Shown: positions 28,593-42,519 of the stretch, piece after piece
Layout: every line of letters starts with the position of its first letter
How positions within the stretch are numbered: the stretch's first letter is position 1
Source of the DNA: Octopus sinensis
Taxonomy: Eukaryota
Assembly (NCBI RefSeq): GCF_006345805.1
Contig: NC_042997.1
Coordinates: forward strand, 154,566,001-154,630,000
DNA length: 64,000 bases
Reading direction: 5' to 3'
Translations under genes and position numbers: made by a program
Notes under the pieces: generated by a model
Seen by the model: the letters and a program-made list of their open reading frames with translations, nothing else
Told to the model about the DNA's origin: nothing
Databases searched by the model: none

Positions 28593-28647
<55 letters not shown>
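28539..28647. repeat. (TAG)n microsatellite
   Basis: Direct reading; source of the poly-S and poly-L ORFs. Confidence 0.98.
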
Positions 28648-28648
<1 letters not shown>

Positions 28649-30392
28649 ATAATAATAACAGTAACAACAATAAAAAAAAACTAGTAAAAGTGCTTGATTC
28701 TAACAAAAACCGAATCAATAACAGCAGAACACATTCTTCAGAAACAATGAAAGGAAATTTTACAAACAGCTGAACAATAAGAATGGACTTAGGAGAATGG
28801 TATACCAGATACTGAACCAGTAAGAAAGTTTTAGTAAGCTATTTGGTTCAAGAAATGAAATAGATTGGTTACGCTAGTTTAAAAGTGGAACACAACAACG
28901 AAGCCGCTTAGTTTGAAAGGTAAACGAAAAATAGGCCAATGAAGCGAATTTACAGGATGTTCATAAATTATCGTTACAACGTCCACAATTTAATATGTTT
29001 ATTAAAGTTGAGATCCATCGATCAACTTCTTTGTATGTAAAATATATATTAATAAATTCTTCTGACGTTTCCAATAAACTCTGTTCAGTTATCTTTATTT
29101 TTCATTTTTTCCCTGAATTTTCAAATTGTAAGGGTAATTCATGGACACCTCGTATGTATATATACATGCATACATAAGTACGTACGTGCGTGCGTGCGTG
29201 TGTGTGTTTCTCTGTGTGCTTAAAAAGGAACCAAATTTTATTGGAATATACAACCGTCTCTTATAGTTTATATAGAAAATTGAAGTACCAACATGAATGA
29301 CAAAGATAGGCTAGTGTTAAAAAAAGACTGATGAAGAAAATGGAGAAGTTTTTTTTATAGCAAATCTATTACGTGCTTACCATTGCTTTGGGAACTGATT
29401 TCGTAGCAGTTGTTTAACTTTCTTAAGAAGGCGTGACTGTTACCGGGAGAACAATAGAGATTCAGAAAGAAATCAAAAGGAACTTCTGATCTATTGTTTA
29501 ACGCTAGAATGATACTAAATGAAGAGCCGACCAGAAAGAACTTAGCTATCCGTAGGGTAGACAGGAAAGTATACGGTAGCATACGACTGTATTGACTTTT
29601 GGATTGCCAAAAAGATCTCGAGGCCAATTAGAAAACTAATAGTTTATTTAATAAAGCATTGAGATCATGGCAAATTGAACTGAAGAGCGGAAGTGAGTCG
29701 CTGGGAAATGTGATAATCCGGAAGAGAATATTTCAGGCAGATTCGTTTTTTCTAAATATTCCTTTCACAAGCATACTGGGAAAGTTTAGCTCTGATTATG
29801 AGTTTGCTGTGAACTAGAATATATAAACGCATTTGTTGCAAATTAACAGTAATCCTGATTCGTTCATATCTGGAACTGTTGAAATCGAATCGAGATGTTT
29901 GACGTTTAAAATCCAGTGTTAGATCTGACTTAATTCAATATGAATTTTATTTGAAATGATTGAGTGACTTTAATTGGAAACAGATATTTAACTCGATTTT
30001 CAAATATAGAATGCTCTTTCTTTTCCTTTATGAGTTGTTAAGTCACCCCTCTCTCGCTCTCTCTTTCTCACGCTCTCTCTCCCTCTCTACTTATCTATAT
30101 ATCTATCTCTCACACACACATGCATATATGCATGTCTGTATAGTTATGTATATATCTGAATCTACTTAATATGTGTAAGTACATACACATACACACAGCC
30201 ATATATATATGTTGTTAAATGCTCGAAATACGAGACTACAAAAGCAGTCAACAACTGATGAAAGGTCGTTCTTTATGTTGTTTGTTTTGTTTTCCATTTG
30301 TGTCTTTCGTTGTTCGAAAGAATAGTTCATGTTCCACTTACTCGTGCTTTGTACTTTCTTGTTGTTTCGTGATGTCCTGTGCCCACATATGC

Positions 30393-30464
<72 letters not shown>

Positions 30465-30502
30465 GTATAGATGTATGTACATATATGTATATATATTATA
30501 TA

Positions 30503-30540
<38 letters not shown>

Positions 30541-30627
30541 TATATATTATATATATATATATATACATATATTATTTATATTATTATATGACTGAACGCC
30601 ACGCATCCTCTTCCAAGTATATATATG

Positions 30628-30697
<70 letters not shown>

Positions 30698-32095
30698 ATA
30701 TACATGTAAACACACACACACAGATAAATAGATTTAAATATAATAAATCAAGTGATCCCTCCTTCCCATAATTATGAAACAAAACCAGAAATACAACTTG
30801 CACCAAAATTGCAAGCCTCAAAAATTATAGAAGATCGGCTTAACACAAAAGCTGAAGTTGACGCAAAAAAAAAAGAACCAAGAAATGTACAGCAATTCAA
30901 TTGGAGGAAAACTTCAAATGCAAAATAAGTCAAAGCTTAATATGTACAATTTGTAATGAAACAGAAGTTTTTAATGTGTTTAAACATCGCAAAACATATA
31001 GAGAAGTGTTGAAACTGAATTACCTGAAAATACGTTTATCACACGAGGAACATATTTCTGTTATCGAAATTCTTTGAATCGAGATTAGTGAAGCATTAAA
31101 AGTACTTTTTGAGGAAAGTTCAGATAAAGTAAGAAGCAGAAAAGAGAAAGGAGTAAAGGCCTCCAGGAAAATGACTTACTTATACAATAAGTTACTTGCA
31201 ATATAAATATTCGCCTCAATGAACTCTGTAGAATATATACATTATAATATGTCTGAATAAGTACGCAGGCCAACACGTTGGCTTTGGCAAAATTATATAT
31301 TTAGGTTTGTAGAATCAATATATAGCGTTATCCATCCAAACGTTATGTCAGAAGTTCGACAATCAATATATCGTTCTGTAATTGTTGATGAAAGCAGGTA
31401 TTTTTGAAGTAAAATGGTTATCCTGTGTTTTGAGTTTAGGAAAAAGCTACTAGACTCTATAAGACAAAGTTTCGGAAGAATTAAATTTTGATTCTAACAA
31501 CACAATGTAGTATATACTGCAAAAGAACTACAAGAATGTTTTTGTGGGGGGTGGGGATGAGTGTGTGTATGTGAGTGTAAAAAATAAAAACTGTCCATTT
31601 TAGATGGTGGATCTATAATGCTACGAACAACTCGACTTAAACAAAATATTTCTCCTCTTATAGAGTAACACTTTGTCGCACCTCGTGATGATTTTACCAT
31701 ACCCAATGCTAAGAATATAGTCCCTGTAACAGAAGTAGAAACTTTACTTGTAACAGTCTTTCGAAATAAAGAAGTTGAAGAGTAAGAGGAAATTAGTAGG
31801 ATTTAGTGACTCGCTATCATTTCATGCTTCTAATGAAGCCTGGTGATTATCAAGACATTAACTTCCTTCGCAAAGCATAAGCACGAATTTATAAAATCCT
31901 TCGATTTAATCGCTAAATACTGTCGCAAAAAATTTTTCTATGAAACTAAAATGAGATGTTTGCAATAAATGATATTCTTAATAAACTGATGAAACTAAGC
32001 AAATTCTAACCAGAGTAAATAACGTAGTTTTGCTTTATGTTTTAGTTCATGCGTCAGGTCATATAACCATTAGTGGTACCAGTGAATTATTTTGA

Positions 32096-32198
32096 TTATG
32101 GCCTACTCGTCAGGTTGTTCAATAATCTTGGTAATAACGGCCGGACTAATTCTTCATAGAAATTCTTGACAGGAGCCGTTATTATATCATTGATATTC
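32096..32198 (-). CDS. Terminal coding exon, copy A (NINDIITAPVKNFYEELVRPLLPRLLNNLTSRP*)
   Basis: Pyrimidine-rich acceptor TTTCCTTTCCTCTTTGTAAACCTTCAG|G. Only the phase-2 frame is open beyond a few codons. The 181 bp homology to 41544-41724 stops at the acceptor. Confidence 0.5.
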
Positions 32199-32435
32199 CT
32201 GAAGGTTTACAAAGAGGAAAGGAAACACTTGCAATATTTTTTGGAAGCATGCCTAGAAAATGACAGGTCAAAATGCAATTGCATCCCACAGCGAAGACAA
32301 ACCTTTAACACTTCCTTGTTATATGAGTATTTGAAGAAATAATTGTTTACAAATGCGTTTGGTGATGCGCTTCATTTTCCTTTACTATTCGTATTAGAAG
32401 AAATCTCCCATGACTTTGGCACAGAGAATGCTGTC

Positions 32436-32700
32436 GGCTGCGGGGTCATTCCGAAAAGCTCTATCTGCGACGATTTCATCTCAATCGAAGGAGAGGGGCT
32501 TTCTCCGTCCGGGTTGCGGATCCGTGGAATAAGCTGCCAGACGAGATGGTGAAGATGCCGACGACCGCTCGGTTCAAAGTCTCCCTTGACCTCAAGTGGC
32601 CTGAACTCTTTACATGAACACCACCCTGTACATAACTCCCTGTCCCCCTACATGGCCTTGCTTTTTGCTTTTTGAGCCAAAAAATTAACTAACTAACTAA
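32436..32700 (+). mobile_element. CR1 LINE 3' end fragment
   Basis: Reads LRGHSEKLYLRRFHLNRRRGAFSVRVADPWNKLPDEMVKMPTTARFKVSLD, the typical CR1 C-terminus, followed by an (AACT)n tail. Confidence 0.88.
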
Positions 32701-32744
32701 ATTTAATGTGAAAATTCCAAGAATTCTTGAACTGTGTTAAAGAA

Positions 32745-32960
32745 AGTAACTCTTTGCTGAATCGTTAGCACGCCGTACAAAATGCTTAGCGGCATATCGT
32801 CTGTCTTTACGTTCTGAGTTCAAATTCCCCCGAGGTCGACTTTGACTTTCATCCTTTCGAAATCGAAAAAGTAAGTACCTGTTGAACTCTGGGGTCGATA
32901 TAATAGACTGCCACATCCAGTGAAATAGTTGGTCTTGAGCTAGACTTTGAAAGCAATATT
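32745..32960 (+). mobile_element. SINE family 1
   Basis: CGTTAGCACGCCG..GTTCTGAGTTCAAATTCCCCGAGGTCGAC. Confidence 0.88.
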
Positions 32961-33084
32961 ATGAGGGAAGTATTTAATAGCTCAAAATGCAACAGCGATA
33001 TTCTAGAAAACATTTCAACCAATATGGTCTACATTATGGAATAAGCCACGTCACAGATTTTTGATATATACCGCTATCTTTTAC

Positions 33085-33285
33085 CCATTTCAGTCATTAG
33101 ATTTTGGCCATGCTGGGGCATCATCTTAGAGAAATTTTACGCGAACGAATCGACCCTAGTACATTTTTTAAAGCCTTGTACTTATTCAATCGGATAGTTT
33201 TGCTAAATCGCTAAGCTTCGGGGACGTAAACACACTAACAGCAGTTGTCAGGCGGTGGTGCAGAACAAATACAGGTGCACACACA

Positions 33286-33320
<35 letters not shown>

Positions 33321-33505
33321 GCGCGCGCTTACACACACATACATATACATAAATACGTACATATATATGTAAATATATTTTTAAGTATATAATTATAGTT
33401 ATATTTTTATAATTAAATGCTTAAAAATTAATTTTACGGATATGGTGTTTTTTATACACTAGCTACTGATAAAATCAATTTAATGATTATATCCTCAATT
33501 CATAA

Positions 33506-33549
<44 letters not shown>

Positions 33550-33712
33550 TATATATATATACGACAGGTTTCAGTTTCCATCTACCAAATCCACTCACAA
33601 GCTTTTGGTCGGCCATTATAGCAGAAGACATTTGCCCAAGGTGCCAAGCAGTCGGACTGAATTGGAACCATGTGGTTGGAAAGCAAATTTTTTCACCGCA
33701 CAGCTACTCTGG
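33085..33712 (-). mobile_element. SINE family 2 with expanded internal microsatellite
   Basis: Same two flanking modules around an internal low-complexity tract of ~290 bp. Confidence 0.88.
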
Positions 33713-34259
33713 GCCAAGAGTGTAACATTGCAAGAAACGAATGTTGACTGTAACCATGGATTCAGTCATAAGACTACCACTTTAACAACTCGAGAACAGA
33801 TTACAAGAATGCTGCTTCGATATGTCTGTACGAATCAATTCCTGTAAATGTAGGAGAAGGGAAATAAATCTTTAAAATTGTACACGCATTTGAAACATGT
33901 AAAGCGTGCAAGAAAAAATAATCTTATAATCTTTTTTGATAACCGAATGCTGATTACTAAAAGGCTTTTAACTGTGTTCTACTTCTGTGGATTCTTAAAA
34001 CCTAAGACATGAATAAGGTAACATCAACATACAATGGGTGCAACCGATACAATCAAAGGAAGGGATTTATAAAACGAAAGTCAATATTCGAAAGATACTA
34101 TCTCTTTCTTTCTTTTATCTCTCGTTTTCTTCTCGATTCTTTTCTGTTTGGTACCAACATCTTTGACAGACAGATTGAATTTACAACTGCTGTTGATTGA
34201 CAATAAAGCGCCTCTTGCATGTGAAAGAACTCAAGCTGTGTGTGCAGCAGATTTAAAAT

Positions 34260-34355
34260 ATTCGAAGCACTGTTGCATATGGAGAACGGATTCAAAAGAG
34301 AAGTTAGTATGAAATTATCCTTAGAAAAATGCATCAAAGTGAACTCAAAAAGACA
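34260..34355 (+). mobile_element. Remnant of a hAT transposase dimerization domain
   Basis: TVAYGER..(frameshifted)..NYLRKMHQSEL resembles TVASGERSFSKLKLIKNYLRSTMSQERL. Confidence 0.35.
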
Positions 34356-34498
34356 AAAGAACTAATAAACAACACTAATTCATGTTAGATACAAGAGAGA
34401 TAAAAAAAAAAAAAGAAAACCATGATTTATCTCAGAAGATCCTAAATAATAAACATAAACAAAAGAAAGAAAAGGTTACTTTAAACGCATTAGATCAC

Positions 34499-34728
34499 AG
34501 GCTGCGAGCTGGTAGAAACGTTAGCAAGCTGGGCGAAATGCTTAGTGGTATTTCGTCTTCCGTTATGTTCTGAGTTCAAATTCCGCCGAGGTCAACTTTG
34601 CCTTTCATCCTTTCGGGGTCGATAAATCAAGTACCAGTTATTCACTGGGGTCGATATAATAGACTTAATCCCTTTGTCCTTGTTTGTCCCGACTACATTT
34701 AGCCCCATGTGGGCAATAAAGAAATAAG
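34499..34728 (+). mobile_element. SINE family 1, monomer
   Basis: Complete head, body and tail GTGGGCAATAAAGAAATAAG. Confidence 0.92.
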
Positions 34729-35351
34729 ATTACTATTTAAGATTGAACTATGTAAATTATATATATATATAAAACAATATCCTAGGCATTTCAGTTAATA
34801 GTATTAACTAGATGTTAAGTAAATTGGCAGCACTTGAACAACAAACCGTATAAAAAAATCAGGACAAAGTTTAGAAAACATGAAGCGTAGGCTGACACAG
34901 AAAGAAGAGAGAGAGAGAGAGAGAGAGATTATATTTAGCACAAAAACAGGTAGGTTAGGTTTTCTAAAACTAGAAAACTATTACAGGATATCTACTGAAG
35001 AAGTATAAAAATATCGAGTAAAGAATAAACGAACTGAATAGCAAAAATTGTAAAACGGTTATATGATTAATAAATTTTCGCTTACAAGGAGCCAACACAT
35101 ATAGAACAAGGGTGGGGTAACAAAGAACTGCAAGTACGAATGTGAAGATAATTTGAAAAAAATTAAAAATAGGAGTACAGAATCATTTGTATAGAAAGAA
35201 GAAATAATATATATCACATGGAGCTAATACAGAAATAACTGGACACCAGACGCACGCGCTCCCACGCACATATACATATGCATATGTATATGTACATATA
35301 TATGTATACATACATACATATATCTGCATATATATATATTTTTTATTTATT

Positions 35352-35634
35352 TATGCACCCTTTTCAAGCCTAGCCAGGCTCATGGGTTCGGTATCCCGGT
35401 TTCTGTGGAGTATGTGTTCCTCCCAGCTGGACGGGACGCCAGTCCATCGCAGCGTTACTAAAGAAACAGGAAGAGAGAGTGAAAGAAGGTTTGGGCGAAA
35501 GAGTACAACAGGGGTCGCCCCCCCCTGCCGGACCCTCGTGGAGCTTTAGGTGTTTTCGCTCAATAAACACACACAACACCCGGTCCTCCGACCGCGAGTC
35601 CGCTGCCCTAACCACTGGGCCATTGCGCCTCCGC
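35352..35634 (-). mobile_element. tRNA-derived SINE family 3 with V-domain-like core
   Basis: The head GGAGGCGCAATGGCCCAGTGGTTAGGGCAGCGGAC has its B-box deleted. It contains GCGATGGACTGGCGTCCCGTCCAG and ends in (AAAT)n. A probable related 3' fragment is at 735-862. Confidence 0.85.
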
Positions 35635-35637
35635 AAT

Positions 35638-35687
<50 letters not shown>

Positions 35688-37679
35688 ACCTGTTAAAGGG
35701 TGATTAAAAAAGTGTTGTCTATTGACTTTTTATACCTGCTGGGCCACTGGTGGTGATACTTATAACGAGTATTCGCCACCCTATATATATATATATGTAT
35801 AGCCAACGAAAGAACAGTTTGACAGCTATTAGGGGAGCCTCTGCGTAGTGGCCCGACTTGCTAGACACACCATCCAGATCTTCCTGAAATCTCACTCTAC
35901 AATTTAGGAGTACCGAGGCGCTGTATTTGATAAAGAAACAGTAAGACGGGATGATCGCGGTGATATTTTACCATAGAGTTACTCGATTATCTTCATCTTG
36001 ACTACACAACAACAATAGCTATAGATATAAACACATGCAGTGACATCATAGTCACCATACATGAACACAGGGATAAATACAATACCATCATTGATGCTTA
36101 CCATAGTCATAGACATCATTTTGCTTAAAAATCAACAGGGAGATTCTATTTGACTGCTAGAAATAACAGTTAAATCCTCTACCACGCTGCATTTTCTTAA
36201 CAAAACTCAAATTGAATTATGTATTTGGGGCTACAATAAACATAAAGAATAGTGGGAATGATCAGAGCTCTAATGCCTTTGATCATGGAATTTTCAGATC
36301 GGGATCTAGATAGAATTAAATATCCACCCCTTTTGCAACAAGGAAATATAGCTGGATAACATTAGATGAGGTATTATTAGTATTATAACCATTACTGGAA
36401 CAGAAAAGAAAAATTCATCAGAAGAGCCTTTTATAACCAAAATGATCAGCAAAATTAGAAAGATTTGAAAGCAAAAGTGACAATATCTTCACAGAATATT
36501 GAACATATCCTGATTAATTTCATCAAAGGGAACAGCCGAAAACGATTTGTGTTATTATAATAAAATGTCAGTTTATGAGCAGAGCTCTCTACCGAATAGT
36601 AGAATGAGTAATATTATATCTCCTCGGAACGGTGAATGACGAAATTGGTAGATACCTTGTGGTAACTGTTAGTTGCTTCACTTTATATTCAAAATTCGAA
36701 TCACGCTGAGGTGAACAATGTCTTTCATCCTTTCTCGCTCGATAAACTAAATACCAGCGGAGTACTGGGCTCGATATGATCGATTGTTTCCCCTCCCGTA
36801 AAATGTATAGCCGTCTACCTGACTCAGCAATCAATAATTAATTCTCTCATCTGTGTGAGAGAGAACATCTATGTGGTCGAAATACCCGCAGTAAAGAGGA
36901 ACCAAATCTTTCTCTATCTCTCTCTCTCACACCCTCTCTCCCTTTTCTCTCTCTTTCTCTTTCTCTCTCTCTTTCTATTTATCAATCTATCTATATATTT
37001 CTCATATCTCATATCATTGCATTAGATAAATAAATAAAAAGGAAGGACATATTGGATAATGCAATTTCATATACACTGTCTCTTAATATAAAAAATATGG
37101 GACGCTCATGGTTGGAACGCCTTTGATCGTAGGTTTGTTTAGTGAGAGCCAACTCGGACTAATCTATTACAACAACTCAAAGAAACATCAATGGTAGTAA
37201 CATTAATATACATAAATTGCCTATTGTGTGTGCAACTGCTTCTGTAGTCATAGAACCAAAACTAGCTAGTTTATAAGGGAAGAGGAAAATGCATCCAACC
37301 ATACCAAAATAGCAAATCAGGATCATAAAAGAAGAATGGATCGATAAAAAACAAAACAACAAAAAAGCGAAAAAAATATACGTTGCCGATAAAATCAGAA
37401 GCCGTGTCTGGTATCACAAGTTGCGAGGTTAACTAGAAACTGGCAACAGTAAAACAGGAATGTCGAGATCAGAGTAAAAATATTTTAATATCGATAGCCA
37501 AAATAATTTAATCTGAGCAGCGAGTCAACAGCAACAGCAACGCAGAAAGTATGTAATTATAAAGGGATTTGATGTGTGGGTTTGTTCTGTGGGAAAACTT
37601 TTACGAGAGTTTTCAAGGTTAAGTTAAACCCGGCAACAGCAGCAGCAATCATCTTTGTCGTCGCTGAAATCATCGTCGT

Positions 37680-37681
37680 CG

Positions 37682-37712
<31 letters not shown>

Positions 37713-37755
37713 AATTATCATCACCATCATCGTCATCGTCATCGTCATCATCATC
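37680..37755. repeat. (CAT)n microsatellite
   Basis: Direct reading; source of the poly-I and poly-M ORFs. Confidence 0.95.
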
Positions 37756-37975
37756 TACAACAACCGAAGCAGAAGTACATCATATTACATTCAATTTGTA
37801 TTTGCATCAGGCATGATGACAAATACGTCAAATCTTCCGTCCTGTCATCAGTGTCTTGAGTCGGTCTCCACACCATTGCCCAGCAACAGGGTATTGAGGA
37901 TTCTTTTGGAAGGAGTCCGCCATAGTAAATCAAGAATATCGTTATCAAAATTAATATTAATAGTAATTTTATTGA

Positions 37976-38366
37976 CGACGGCGAACTATCAGGATCGTTA
38001 ACAGGCTGGGTAAAATGCTTTGCGGTATTCCGTCTGCCGATACGTTCTGAGTTCAAATTCCGCCGAGGTCGACTTTGCCTTTCATCCTTTCAGGGTCGAT
38101 AAATTAAGTACCAGTTACGGACTGGGATCGATATAATCGCCTTGATCCGTTTGTCTGTCCTTGTTTGTCCCTTCTGTGTTTAGCCCCTTGTGGGTAGTAA
38201 AGAAATAGGTATTTCGTCTTTTCGTTCTGAGTTCAAATTCCGCCGAGATCGACTTTGCTTTTCGTCCCTTTCGGGGTTAATAAATTAAGCACCAGTTACG
38301 CACTGGGATAGATGTAATCGACTTATCCCTGAACTTGCTCGCCTTGCGCCAAAATTTGAAACCAAT
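37976..38366 (+). mobile_element. SINE family 1, dimer
   Basis: Two head-to-tail bodies; the second lacks the A-box and has a different 3' end. Confidence 0.92.
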
Positions 38367-38554
38367 AGTGATTTATGACAGAAATTTTGCTGTAGGTGGA
38401 GTCAATTATTTATAGCAGCGAATCAGCAACAACTCTAGAATTTGACTTACATTTTATTTTATCGACCTCAGAACGTGGAGGGTAAAACTATTTTAAGTAG
38501 TGAGCTGCCAACCCGAAAGTTAGAGACTTATCCCACATAATAAAATTTCAAATC

Positions 38555-38790
38555 GAATCCACCAATACCATCATCACCGCCACCCAAGTCCACCATCACA
38601 ACCCCCAAATCTACCACTATAACAACAGCTACCAAATCGCTCATCACCACAACTACTAAATCCTCCGCCATCTCACCAAATAACCCATCTGATCAATCAC
38701 ACCCGCCTTATCCACCCTCCTCAACACCACGGCACCAAATCCACCACCAGCACCACACTACCACTACCACCGCAACTACTGCCCAATACA
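38555..38790. repeat. ACC-rich degenerate minisatellite
   Basis: The motif CCAAATCCACCACCA recurs about five times. Confidence 0.7.
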
Positions 38791-40155
38791 CATTTACTGA
38801 AGAAACAGCTATAAACGGGGAGCGAGCGATTCAATGAGTGACTCTATATGTTGCCGTTCGAACTGCTAGAAACAGCAGCCAAATTTCCGTCAAATTTTCA
38901 CATACTACCGCCCTCGAAAATGAAGGACATTGTGTAATGTAGCGCTCATTACAACGTATGTGAAAAAGACGGTATGGTGATTGCTGAAACGCTTTTGATC
39001 GTGGATATGATTGATAAGGAGTGTCATGGGACCAAAGAACAAAACAAATAACAACTATAAAGAATTTATGGCAGAAAAGATTGCCACGAAATAGATGAGT
39101 ACCGCCATTTTGATACTCGACATATATTTCATACACGCACGCACCCCCCACACACACACATACACACACAAATATATATACACATACTCTCAAAAAACAT
39201 ACAATGCATATATGTGTGTGCGCGAGCACACGTGTGTGTAACAGCATGAGCAGGAATGTAGAATATCATATTTTTATATAATGATTATACCATTCAGAGT
39301 GATGATCGTTTCAACTGTACTAGTAAATTGAGGTATACAAAAAGGTATATAATACCAGTCAATCATTAACTATGATATAAAGTCGTCCATAATTAGTTAC
39401 GCTCTGTCGTACAATACTGGCATTTGCCTACAGGAAATGGATTATATGATTACTTGAAAATTAAAATTATTAAATTCTAGAACCAGTCTTACGTTGAAAT
39501 GTTTCCATAAATATATAAAAACATTTAAATATTTCAATAGCAAATAACACCTCCATTATAATTGTTTTTCCTATAATCTAATGAGCATAATTTTTCAATT
39601 TTTTTTAACATACAAAAATAGCTAGATAACAAAATGTCATGGCGTAGATTTTTTATGCTTATTTTTTTAATTTTCGTTACCTACTGATGCCATCATAAGT
39701 TTAATAGTAAACTGGTTTTTCTCAAAAGATATTTCTTCTTGTATACGTTCAAGTATCGTAGATATCATTTTAGTTTGCTTTGGATTTAACCTATTTTGGA
39801 TTACCTTGATAACATTGTGTTAGCATAAATTTTCGGATATATTCATTTGGCTGTTATTTTGTACCGTTTTTCTGTATCTAAATATGCTGGCACAATAGAA
39901 ACGATCCCCAGTACTGGATAGTGTAATCATGAAATAAAGATGTGATGTTATCCATTCTTGTTCATGTTATTTACTCTGGGTTTCTTGAAATTTTTCTAAG
40001 CGATATTTGGATTTACTTATCATGCACGAGGAATTAGCTCAGATATTAATTCTATTTAAATTTATTGGTATCCGGTTGTTTGATGTAGTTCACCAAATTC
40101 GCTTAACCAACGAGTACTTTCTAGATATCTACCTGGATTTATTAATCCCCTTTAC

Positions 40156-40213
<58 letters not shown>

Positions 40214-40318
40214 CTTTAAACATGCATATATTCATACATGCATACATACACACATATATATATGTGTGTGTGTATAGATATCTATATATATACAACCATA
40301 CATTCGTATGTATATATA

Positions 40319-40354
<36 letters not shown>

Positions 40355-40372
40355 TGTATGTATGTATGTATG

Positions 40373-40477
<105 letters not shown>

Positions 40478-40486
40478 ATATATATA

Positions 40487-41103
40487 TGGGTAACATCTCC
40501 AGAATTGAGTCACCCCAGAGGGCACTCACTTAACAAATTGAAGGCATGGCTGCTCTCGATTATTGGGATCGCCTTAAAGCCTTGAAACTTTACTCCCTCC
40601 AGCGTCGGCGTGAGCGGTACATCATTTGTACGATGTGGAAAATATACCGCCAACTTTGCCCAAACGACCTAAACATTAGCTTCAAGGTTCATCCAAGACT
40701 TGGACCACGGGCTATACTTCCCCTGCCCAATTCAAGATCACAACATACATGTACACTGCAACATAATTTCTTTTCCTCAACAGGCCCTGCCCTATTTAAC
40801 ATTGTCCCGAGGGAGATCAAAGAGGAAAAGGATCCCATCAACTTTAAACAGAGTCTGGATAGATTCCTTCAAAGAATACCAGATAAGCCACCCATAATTG
40901 GATACAACTCACCTAACAAGAACTCACTACTTGAACAAAACTGGATACAACTCACCCAACAAGAACTCACTACTTGAACAAAACTTGACTCAAACAAAAC
41001 TTGACTTAAACAGGATTCGCATAATCCTATCAGGTGGTGCTATTAAGTTAGACATGGCCTGGACCAATCTTTGATCGAAACATATCTAAGTTTATCTAAG
41101 TTT
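40487..41103 (+). mobile_element. 5'-truncated CR1-like LINE (ORF2 C-terminus, 3' UTR and short-repeat tail)
   Basis: ORF 40546-40977 contains YWDRLKALKLYSLQRRRERY..GPALFNIVP..FKQSLDRFL. There is an internal tandem duplication of ~43 bp near 40900-40985 and a (TCTAAGTTTA)2 tail. Confidence 0.88.
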
Positions 41104-41138
41104 ATATATATATATACAACCATACATACGTATATGTG

Positions 41139-41170
<32 letters not shown>

Positions 41171-41616
41171 TGTATCTGAGTATATATATATACACACACA
41201 CACACAAACATACATATATACATGCATGCAAGCATAAAGACACACGCACACGCATATGCTTTGACGTATATGTTGGATAAAATACTGATTAGTGACACGT
41301 ATGCAGCGACTCCCATAAATTTGGTTTTGCTTAAAAACGAAAGCATGTAATCATGATTGTGATAACTTTTATATTCATATCTTTGTTTATAACAAACGAC
41401 TTTGGATATTAACAGTGTTACTAGAAGATTTTTTATTACATAGGCTTTAGATATATATAGAATAGTGTAAAATTCCTTCCCAAAGAAAAAAACATATAAA
41501 CTGGAATGGATTCGATACAGCTTTAATCGCACAATAACCTTGTCGTAGTTTTGCATTATGTTTTAGTTCATGCGTCAGATCATATAACGATTAGTGATAC
41601 CAGTGAGTTATTTTGA

Positions 41617-41719
41617 TTATGGCCAACTCGTCAGGTTGTTCAATAATCTTGGTAATAACGGCCGGACTAATTCTTCATAGAAATTCTTGACAGGAGCCGT
41701 TGTTATATTATTGATATTC
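41617..41719 (-). CDS. Terminal coding exon, copy B (NINNITTAPVKNFYEELVRPLLPRLLNNLTSWP*)
   Basis: Acceptor ACAATTTTTTCAG|G, same phase and length as copy A. There are 8 differences in the shared 181 bp. Confidence 0.5.
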
Positions 41720-42301
41720 CTGAAAAAATTGTTAAATCGCTTAAGTCTTTATGGGAAGTTCTGCAGAAGAGTTGTCTTGATGTATGGGAATTTAACCTGG
41801 CTTAATGATTTTAAGACGTTCTTCAAAGTCTATTTTTGAGAAGCATGGCATCTTCTTGTATATTTTTTTTCTTATTCAAAATTTATTGGATGCATGCGGA
41901 CCATATAGGAATTATTTGGTGGTCAGTCTGAATGATCTATGGAATTGTAATGACACTAGTAAAAGAAAAAATGAAAAAAAAAAAGCAAGAGGAGGAAATG
42001 GAAGACATTTTGATATTTTCATAAATAAGTTTTATACAAATAAAATGCGAAAGTTTCAGTATTTCTGATTGGAAGCAGCTATCGTTGTCCTTTAACTTAC
42101 AAATATATAATATAAAATTATAAAAGAAAAGCTAAACATTTACATTTATATATATTTTATATATATTTATATATATCTTACTTTTGAAAAACTTTTTCTT
42201 AAAAAGTGAAACCGGTCAAGTGAATAAACCTTTTTAAAATTGCATTTTCAAACCTTCTTTCATATATATTTCCACTCTTGCAGTACCTTACAATTTCACT
42301 T

Positions 42302-42509
<208 letters not shown>

Positions 42510-42519
42510 CAGATATATA

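Noticed and set aside
34170-34302. Plus-strand exon-like frame RLNLQLLLIDNKAPLACERTQAVC.. with AG and GTTAGT
   Set aside because: An overlapping frame resembles a decayed hAT transposase motif (TVA.GER..NYLR), so it is not counted as a host exon.
35580-35634. tRNA-like sequences with A/B boxes here and at other SINE heads
   Set aside because: They are SINE heads with no complete cloverleaf or acceptor stem, not tRNA genes.
35972-36123. Minus-strand micro-exon pair MMSMTM / LLLLCSQDEDNRVTLW that would splice in frame to copy A
   Set aside because: The second exon lies in the (CAA)n tail of an old SINE, so the hydrophobic run is a repeat artefact.
38535-38836. About 100 stop-free codons of Thr/Pro/Ser/His-rich mucin-like peptide
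   Set aside because: It is an ACC-rich degenerate minisatellite with no start codon or convincing splice sites.
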